From positions 38,638 through 102,637 of the forward strand of contig CAVWFA010000012.1 of assembly GCA_963754085.1 (NCBI GenBank): a stretch of DNA of 64,000 nt, read 5' to 3'. Origin of the DNA: Candidatus Aminicenantes bacterium. Lineage in GTDB: Bacteria > Acidobacteriota > Aminicenantia > Aminicenantales > Saccharicenantaceae. Both the position numbers and the translations under genes were made by a program. How positions within the stretch are numbered: the stretch's first letter is position 1; the number at the start of each line of letters is the position of its first letter. The notes under the pieces were generated by a model, which made no database searches, was not told the DNA's origin, and saw only the letters and a program-made list of their open reading frames with translations. This document shows positions 57,766 through 64,000 of the stretch, in pieces.

Positions 57766-60159
57766 ATGGCGACGTTCGGGAATTTCTCCGAAGACGGCCG
57801 GGAGTTCCTCGTCACCGACGTCCGCACGCCCAGTCCCTGGATCAACTACCTCCAGAACGGCCGCTATTTCGCGACCATCTCCGCCAACGGCGGCGGCATC
57901 TCCTACGACCGTTCGCCGCTCCACGGCCGGATCACGCGCTACCGCATCAACGACGTCCCGCCCGACCGGCCGGGGAAGTACATCTACGTCAAGGACCGCG
58001 ACACGGGGGACGTGTGGAGCCTGACCTGGCAGCCGGTCGGGCACGAGCCCGCGTCGGACTACCGCGCGGCCCACGGCTTCGGCTACACGAGGGTCGAAGC
58101 CGGGGTCGGGGACATCGCCTCGTCGGTCGTGTTCTTCGTCCCGGCCGGCGACGACCGGGAGATCTGGAAGGCGACGCTGCGGAACGCGTCGGGGCGGCGG
58201 CGGCGGCTCACGGTCGTCGGCTATGTCGAGTTCGCGCTGGGCCACGCCCTGGTCGACCTCATCAACCAGTGCGACGATCAGCACTTCAACCGGGTCCGTT
58301 TCGAGAAGGATCTCGACGCGCTCTTCGCCACCAAGACCTATTGGGTGACGGAGACGCGGGGCACCCAGCACCAGGAGAACAAGGAGTGGGACCGCTGGGC
58401 CTTCTTCTCGGTCAACAGGCCCGTCGCGGCCTACGAGACGGTGCGGGAGCGGTTCATCGGGCCGTTCCGCAGCGAGTCCGACCCGGAAGGGCTGGAGAAG
58501 GGCCTCTCGTCGAAGGACATGGACTGCGGCAACGCGGTCGGCGCGCTCCAGGTCGACCTCGAGCTCGGGGCCGGGGAGTCGGCCGACGTCATCTTCTCGC
58601 TCGGGGTCATCGCCAAGCCGGAGTTCGAGCGGACGAAGGCGGAGGTCGTCGGAAAATACCGCGACGCCGGGTCGGTCGACGCGGCCCTGGCCCGCGTCGA
58701 GGCCGAGTGGGACCGCTTCCTCGGGCACACCCGGGCCGCGACGCCGGACCCCGAGGCCGATGTCTTCCTGAACTATTGGATCCCCTATCAGGCCAAGGTC
58801 GCGTTCGACGTCGGCCGCGTGGCCAGCTTCTATTACTGGGGCATCGGGCGCGGCTACGGCTATCGCGACACGGCCCAGGACACGATCGCCATCGTCATCG
58901 CCGACGCGGCCGGGGCCCGGGCGCGAGTGGGGCTCCTGGCCCGGCAGATGCGGCGGGACGGCCAGGTCTATCATCATTTCTACGGCGACGGACAGGGCGA
59001 ATTCACCGGGCACTGCGACGACCCGCTCTGGTTCATCCTGGCCGTTACCGAATACCTCAAGGAGACGGGCGACTTCGGGCTCCTCGACGCGAAGGAGCCG
59101 TTCCTCGACGGGGGCGAGGGGACCGTTCTGGACCACCTCCTGGCGGTGGTTCGCTTCGCCGGGGCGGATCCGGGCCCCCACGGCCTCCCGAAGTTCGGCC
59201 GCGGCGATTGGAACGACACGCTCGATTACATCGGCGGCCGGGACGGCGGCGAGAGCGTCTGGGGCGCCATGTTCTATGTCGCCATGCTCAACCGGCTCAT
59301 CGAGCTGCTGGAGGTCCTGAAGGCGCCGGAGAAGGTCCCCGACGTCTGTGCGCTGAGGGACCGGCTGGTCACGGCGATCGAGACCCACGCCTGGGACGGC
59401 GAGTGGTACGTGAGGGCCTTCGGCGAGGCCGGCCGGAAGATCGGTTCGAAGCCGAACCGGTACGGGCAGATCTTCATCAACACCCAGAGCTGGGCCGTCA
59501 TCGCCGGGCTGCCGGACCGGGACCGGCTGGCCGCGGCCATGGGCAGCCTCCGCGACCGGCTCGATACGCCCTACGGGCCGAAGATCTGCGCCCCGGCTTT
59601 CCGCGAGATCGACCCGACGATCGGCCTCATCACCCGGTGCATTTGGGGCAAGAAGGAGAACGGGGCCGTCTTCTGCCATCCGGCGGCGTGGGTCGTCCAG
59701 GCGTGGTGCCTCCTGGGGTCGGGGGATGCGGCCTTCGAGACATTCAAAAAGCTCTTGCCGGGCCGGATCGACCAAACGACCTTCTCGGCCGAGCCCTACG
59801 TCTACTCGCAATACATCACGAGCGACGAGCACGAAACGGCCGGAAAGGCCAGCCATTCCTGGCAGACCGGCACGGCCGCGTGGATGTACCGGGTGGCCTA
59901 CGACCACATCCTGGGCCTGCGGCCGTCGTATGAGGGGTTGGTCATCGATCCCGTCATCCCGGCGTCGTGGCCGGGGTTCAAGGCCGAGCGGGTCTTCCGC
60001 GGGGCGCGCTACCTCGTCGAAGTCGAGAACCCCGAAGGCGTCATGTCGGGGGTCGCGTCGATCGACGTCGACGGCAGGCCGATCGACGGCAAGATCATCG
60101 CGCCCCGGCCGGCCGGCACGGTCTGCCGGGTCTCCGTCAAAATGGGGAGGACCGCATGA
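57766..60159 (+). CDS. GH94-family glycoside phosphorylase (cellobiose/chitobiose/cellobionate-phosphorylase-like).
   Basis: A 797-aa protein with GDWNDTLD and the (alpha/alpha)6 catalytic region. Confidence 0.7.
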   Translation: MATFGNFSEDGREFLVTDVRTPSPWINYLQNGRYFATISANGGGISYDRSPLHGRITRYRINDVPPDRPGKYIYVKDRDTGDVWSLTWQPVGHEPASDYRAAHGFGYTRVEAGVGDIASSVVFFVPAGDDREIWKATLRNASGRRRRLTVVGYVEFALGHALVDLINQCDDQHFNRVRFEKDLDALFATKTYWVTETRGTQHQENKEWDRWAFFSVNRPVAAYETVRERFIGPFRSESDPEGLEKGLSSKDMDCGNAVGALQVDLELGAGESADVIFSLGVIAKPEFERTKAEVVGKYRDAGSVDAALARVEAEWDRFLGHTRAATPDPEADVFLNYWIPYQAKVAFDVGRVASFYYWGIGRGYGYRDTAQDTIAIVIADAAGARARVGLLARQMRRDGQVYHHFYGDGQGEFTGHCDDPLWFILAVTEYLKETGDFGLLDAKEPFLDGGEGTVLDHLLAVVRFAGADPGPHGLPKFGRGDWNDTLDYIGGRDGGESVWGAMFYVAMLNRLIELLEVLKAPEKVPDVCALRDRLVTAIETHAWDGEWYVRAFGEAGRKIGSKPNRYGQIFINTQSWAVIAGLPDRDRLAAAMGSLRDRLDTPYGPKICAPAFREIDPTIGLITRCIWGKKENGAVFCHPAAWVVQAWCLLGSGDAAFETFKKLLPGRIDQTTFSAEPYVYSQYITSDEHETAGKASHSWQTGTAAWMYRVAYDHILGLRPSYEGLVIDPVIPASWPGFKAERVFRGARYLVEVENPEGVMSGVASIDVDGRPIDGKIIAPRPAGTVCRVSVKMGRTA

Positions 60160-61172
60160 ACAACAAAAAGGGAGGGACCCTGCGCCGGGATCCGTCCAAT
60201 CCGATCCTGACCCGGGCGGACCTGCCGGACATCCCGCCTGGTCTCATGGACGCCACTTCGGTGTTCAACCCGGGCGCGGTCAAGGCCGCCGGGATCACCT
60301 ATCTCGTCCTCCGCGTCCAGGCCCGGTCGCGCGAGACCTTCATGGTCATGGCCGAGAGCGCCGACGGCGTCCGTTTCGTCGTCCGCCCGGAGATCGTGGA
60401 CCTCAAGGGGATCGAACAGGTCCGGGAGAGGATCTATCACGTCTATGACGGCCGCATCACCCGGCTCGAGGGGGTCCATTACGTCATGTTCGCCATGGAC
60501 ATGGACGGCGGCTGCCGGCTGGGACTGGCCCGGACGGACGACCTCCGGGAGTTCCGGTTCATGGGCGTCACGTCGACCGACGACGTCCGCAACGGCGTCC
60601 TGTTCCCGGAGAAGATCGGAGGCCTGTACCTCAGGCTCGAGCGGCCCAACAAGGCCAAGCTCGAAGGCGGCCCGACCACGGGCTCGGAGATCTGGCTGGC
60701 CGGCTCGGACGATCTGCTCACCTGGCGGCGGCTCGGCCCGGTCATGGGCGGGCGCTTCCACTACTGGGACGAGTTCATCGGCTCGGGGCCGCCGCCGGTC
60801 AAGACCCGGAGCGGCTGGCTGCATGTCTATCACGGCGTGGCGACGCATTTCGGCAGCGCCAACATCTACCAGGCCGGGGTCTCCCTGCTCGACCTTCGCG
60901 ATCCGGCCAAGGTCCTGGGCCGCTCCCGGGGCAACATCCTCGAGCCGCGGGAGCCCTACGAGCTCTGCGGCCAGGTCCCCAACGTGGTCTTCCCCTCGGG
61001 CCTGGTGGTCGAGGACTTCGACGCCGAGGGCTTCGCCCTGCCCTCGAGCCCGGTCAAGGTCTACTACGGCGCCGCCGACACCGTGGTGGGCCTGGCCGTG
61101 ACGACGGTCGGCGAGCTCCTCGACGCCTGCGGCGATCCCGGATGGGGTCAAACCCGGGAGCAAGCTTCTTAA
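60156..61172 (+). CDS. GH130-family glycoside phosphorylase (beta-mannoside phosphorylase-like).
   Basis: A 338-aa five-bladed beta-propeller-like sequence. Its start overlaps the GH94 stop (ATGA). Confidence 0.65.
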   Translation: MNNKKGGTLRRDPSNPILTRADLPDIPPGLMDATSVFNPGAVKAAGITYLVLRVQARSRETFMVMAESADGVRFVVRPEIVDLKGIEQVRERIYHVYDGRITRLEGVHYVMFAMDMDGGCRLGLARTDDLREFRFMGVTSTDDVRNGVLFPEKIGGLYLRLERPNKAKLEGGPTTGSEIWLAGSDDLLTWRRLGPVMGGRFHYWDEFIGSGPPPVKTRSGWLHVYHGVATHFGSANIYQAGVSLLDLRDPAKVLGRSRGNILEPREPYELCGQVPNVVFPSGLVVEDFDAEGFALPSSPVKVYYGAADTVVGLAVTTVGELLDACGDPGWGQTREQAS

Positions 61173-61175
61173 GAC

Positions 61176-61268
61176 GGGGTCAAACCTCCATTTTTACAGT
61201 TTCCCGCCGTATCGCCCCGAGCGCCTGGCAACGCGTTCGGGAAACTGTAAAAATGGAGGTTTGACCCC
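61176..61268. repeat. Foldback element family A, copy A6 (arm type 3). It is nested inside an outer 21-22-bp inverted repeat that itself starts GGGGTCAAACC (61144-61165 and 61285-61305).
   Basis: GGGGTCAAACCTCCATTTTTACAGTTTCCCG ... CGGGAAACTGTAAAAATGGAGGTTTGACCCC. The outer repeat is GGGGTCAAACCCGGGAGCAAGC ... GCTTGCTCCCGGTTTGACCCC. Confidence 0.85.
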
Positions 61269-61356
61269 GTCTGAAAATCCCCGGCTTGCTCCCGGTTTGA
61301 CCCCTTCTTATTTATATGCTAAAAAAGAGGTTCGATCCGGCCGTTTGGAGAGAACC

Positions 61357-62013
61357 ATGAAGAGAACGGAGAGGCATCACCTCAAAGAAGACGAGATGGC
61401 CACCGGCGTCCATTGGCTCGTCGAGCTCTATCAGACCTACAAGCGCGAGATCACCCTCGTCGCCGGGGCGCTCGTCCTCGCCGCCGTCGTCTTCAGCGGG
61501 CTCCTGATCATCCGCTCCCAAACCCGGAGCGTCCGGAGCCGGGCCATTGGCGAGGTCATGGACCTGGCCGCCGAAGTCGCCCAGAAGCCCGAGAAGCTGG
61601 CCGATCTCGAGAAGCTGGCTGCCAAGGGGCGGACATCGCGCCTGGCCAATATGGAGCTGGCCAAGTATTGGGCCGAGAAGAGCGATTGGGCCAAGGCCGA
61701 ATCCTATCTGGGCAAGCTCCCGGCCGGACCCAAGGACCTCCTCTATTACCAGGCCGAGGACCTCAAAGCCCAGATCGCGATGGGCCGCAAGGACTACGAC
61801 AAGGCCATCGCCATCTACACGAAGATCGGCGACGAGAAGCCCGAGACCTACCCCCTCGACGCCGCCCGGTTCCGCCTGGCCGAATGCCACGAGCTCAAGG
61901 GCGACGCCGCGACGGCCCTGGAGCTCTACAAGAAGCTCCAGACGGAGTTCCCCCAGTCCTATTTCGGCTACGAGGCCTCCCTCAAGCTCAGCAAGCTCGA
62001 GGCCCGGAGATAG
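61357..62013 (+). CDS. TPR-like membrane-anchored protein (YfgM-like).
   Basis: An N-terminal TM segment is followed by TPR-like repeats. Confidence 0.5.
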   Translation: MKRTERHHLKEDEMATGVHWLVELYQTYKREITLVAGALVLAAVVFSGLLIIRSQTRSVRSRAIGEVMDLAAEVAQKPEKLADLEKLAAKGRTSRLANMELAKYWAEKSDWAKAESYLGKLPAGPKDLLYYQAEDLKAQIAMGRKDYDKAIAIYTKIGDEKPETYPLDAARFRLAECHELKGDAATALELYKKLQTEFPQSYFGYEASLKLSKLEARR

Positions 62014-62049
62014 GAGCGGACGTTGCCATTTTGACCGGAAGGGATATAA

Positions 62050-62328
<279 letters not shown>

Positions 62329-62353
62329 TCCCGCGTCACTGAGCCTTCACCGG

Positions 62354-62388
62354 AAGAGGAGTGAACCCGTTTCACTCCTCTTTTTTTT
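62354..62388 (+). terminator. Rho-independent terminator.
   Basis: AAGAGGAGTGAA-cccgt-TTCACTCCTCTT followed by TTTTTT. Confidence 0.8.
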
Positions 62389-62397
62389 CGGCCGGCC

Positions 62398-63354
62398 ATG
62401 AGCGAAGCGACGTCCGAACAGAAAACCTGGCTGAACGGGCTGCTGTTCGTCCTGACCGTCGTCACGGTCTGTTACGCCGGGCTCTCTTGGAGCGCGAGCT
62501 TCATCCAAGCCGGCGATGCCGCGGGGGCGGACCTGCTCGTCTCACCCGACCGGGTGCTTCACGACCCCCGGCTCTTCCCCTTGAGCGCCCTTTATGCGGC
62601 CTTCCTGATGACCATCCTCGTCGGCCACGAGCTCGGCCATTACCTGACCTGCCGCCGCTACGGCGTCCGGGCCACCCTGCCCTTCTTCATGCCCGGACCG
62701 CCTTTCCTGGGGACCTTCGGGGCTTTCATCCGCATCAAGTCGCCCCTGTACTTCAAGCGGCAGGTCTTCGATATTGGCGCCAACGGCCCGCTCGCCGGAT
62801 TCGCGCTGGCCTTGCCGACGCTGGCTGTCGGGATGTCGCTGTCCAAATGGGCCCCGTTCGTCCCGTCGGAGAATGTCCTCTTCTTCGGGGAGCCGCTTCT
62901 CTTCAAGATCCTGAGCCGTCTCTTTCTCGGCCCCATCCCGCAGGGTTCGGAGCTCATCCTCCACCCGATCGGCTGGGCCGGCTGGGTCGGGCTTCTGATG
63001 ACCGCCCTCAACCTGCTGCCGATCGGCCAGCTGGACGGCGGGCACATCGCCTACGCTCTGCTCGGCCGCCGGGCCGGCCGGCTTTCCGTGTTCATGGTCG
63101 GTCTGCTGGTCGTCATGGGCGTCTTTTTTCACATGACTTGGCTTTTCCTGGCCGTCCTCATCCTCGTCCTGGAGTTCCGATCGAAGACGGGCCTCCGCCA
63201 CCCGCCCGTTCTCGACGAGGACGCGCCGCTCGGCCGGAAAAGAGCGGTCCTCAGCGCCGTTGTCATCGCCATTTTCATTCTGTCGTTCGTGCCCGACCCG
63301 GTCCGGGGCTTCGGCCTCTTGGACCTGCTCAAGGGCCGTGCGGGCGGGTTCTGA
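62398..63354 (+). CDS. Site-2 protease family (M50) membrane metalloprotease.
   Basis: HELGHY (HExxH) lies within a TM helix. The second motif is LNLLPIGQLDGGH. Confidence 0.75.
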   Translation: MSEATSEQKTWLNGLLFVLTVVTVCYAGLSWSASFIQAGDAAGADLLVSPDRVLHDPRLFPLSALYAAFLMTILVGHELGHYLTCRRYGVRATLPFFMPGPPFLGTFGAFIRIKSPLYFKRQVFDIGANGPLAGFALALPTLAVGMSLSKWAPFVPSENVLFFGEPLLFKILSRLFLGPIPQGSELILHPIGWAGWVGLLMTALNLLPIGQLDGGHIAYALLGRRAGRLSVFMVGLLVVMGVFFHMTWLFLAVLILVLEFRSKTGLRHPPVLDEDAPLGRKRAVLSAVVIAIFILSFVPDPVRGFGLLDLLKGRAGGF

Positions 63355-63593
63355 TGCCCGGCATCGAACGCTCCGCGAGCCTCGTATTTATTCACAGGTT
63401 CTGTGGAAATGCTGTGGATAAGACCCGCTTTGGCCGTGGCAAGGTCCACTCCTGCATGCACATAGCTCGGACTGCACAAAAATCCGTCAGCCGCGCATTC
63501 TTTGTCTTTTCAACGGGTTAATAACTCATTGAAAAGACAGACGTTGTGGCGTTAAGATGAAGGCACGATGAAGGACGGCCGAAGGAGGCATTG

Positions 63594-64000
63594 ATGGCCG
63601 ACCAGTTCCGCGAAGCCGAGGCGACGTTCTCGCACCTGCGCGAGAAATTCAAGGAAAAAAGGATCTCTCCCCAGGAGTTCGCCGATTCCCTGAAGCAGCT
63701 CCGCATCAAGGACGACGAAGGCCGCTTCTGGGTGATCGGCGCCCAGAGCGGCAAGTGGTACGCCTTCGAGAGCGGCGAATGGGTCGAGGCCAAGCCCCCG
63801 TCCCAGCTGGAAAAGAAGGCCATCTGCATCGCCTGCGGCTTCGAGAACGACCTCGAGGCCGAATCTTGCGCCCGCTGCGGCAACACGTCCGACGAAGCCG
63901 CCCCGGAGGCCGTGGCGGAAGCGGCCGGAACGGCCGCGGGGGCCGCCGCCGAGGCCGTCCCCGCCGGACAGGATCCGGTCCTCACGGTCCGCTCCCTGGA
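63594..64000 (+). CDS. Zinc-ribbon domain protein, partial at the 3' edge of the window.
   Basis: The CIACG...CARCG motif follows a GGAGG RBS. The gene continues past the window. Confidence 0.4.
   Translation, partial: MADQFREAEATFSHLREKFKEKRISPQEFADSLKQLRIKDDEGRFWVIGAQSGKWYAFESGEWVEAKPPSQLEKKAICIACGFENDLEAESCARCGNTSDEAAPEAVAEAAGTAAGAAAEAVPAGQDPVLTVRSL

Noticed and set aside
254-61268. Whether family-A repeats with unique 21-37-bp cores could be a CRISPR-like array or integron attC sites.
   Set aside because: The repeats are inverted rather than direct. They are dispersed 3-25 kb apart, not arrayed, and there are no cas genes. The termini do not fit the attC R''/R' consensus (RYYYAAC/GTTRRRY). 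There is no intI gene and the genes in between are core genes, not cassettes.
254-61268. Tn3-family origin of family-A elements (the IR tips begin GGGG, like Tn3 38-bp inverted repeats).
   Set aside because: Beyond GGGGTC the arms do not resemble Tn3 IRs. No 5-bp target duplications flank the copies; the flanks are instead a conserved AAGA-N / N-TCY extension of the palindrome. No transposase or resolvase is present in the window. Kept only as a remote possibility.

Overview
This is a GC-rich (about 68%) bacterial chromosomal window with few clear mobile-element genes, probably from an Acidobacteriota-like genome. The taxonomic guess rests on a CarboxypepD_reg-type TonB-dependent receptor, a VWA-like secretion N-terminus and TPR-associated TRAP transporters. 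Recognisable genes include secA, an APC amino-acid permease, a TatT/DctP/DctQM TRAP system, penicillin acylase, a V-type H+-pyrophosphatase, an archaeal-type gatE-gatD pair, a TonB-dependent receptor, recO, rodZ, ftsEX, fpg, tRNA-Arg(CCT), an S15 peptidase, a blaI-blaR1 sensor pair near an MBL-fold hydrolase and a class-C-like serine hydrolase, OMPLA, patatin, a PAS/GAF/HD-GYP protein, a porin-cytochrome (multiheme c) cluster, an SSS transporter with GH94 and GH130 phosphorylases, a ferredoxin and an S2P protease.

The most striking feature that the genes do not explain is a family of six foldback elements, about 90 bp each. All copies share a conserved terminus (AAGA-N-GGGGTCAAACC ... GGTTTGACCCC). 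Their AT-rich 30-bp arms fall into three sequence types that always co-vary so the two arms remain complementary. Each copy has a unique GC-rich core of 21-37 bp. Every copy sits exactly at a gene 3' end, and some supply the stop codon. A second palindrome family (GGGGGACATGATACCCGTTTCC) brackets a 2.8-kb segment that holds a heavily frameshifted sialidase-like pseudogene and a frameshifted esterase.

Many otherwise well-conserved genes carry single 1-bp indel frameshifts, including essential secA and fpg. These are more likely assembly or sequencing indels than true pseudogenes, except in the hotspot at 12.7-15.5 kb. Many long ORFs in the six-frame track are antisense GC artefacts and are not called as genes.
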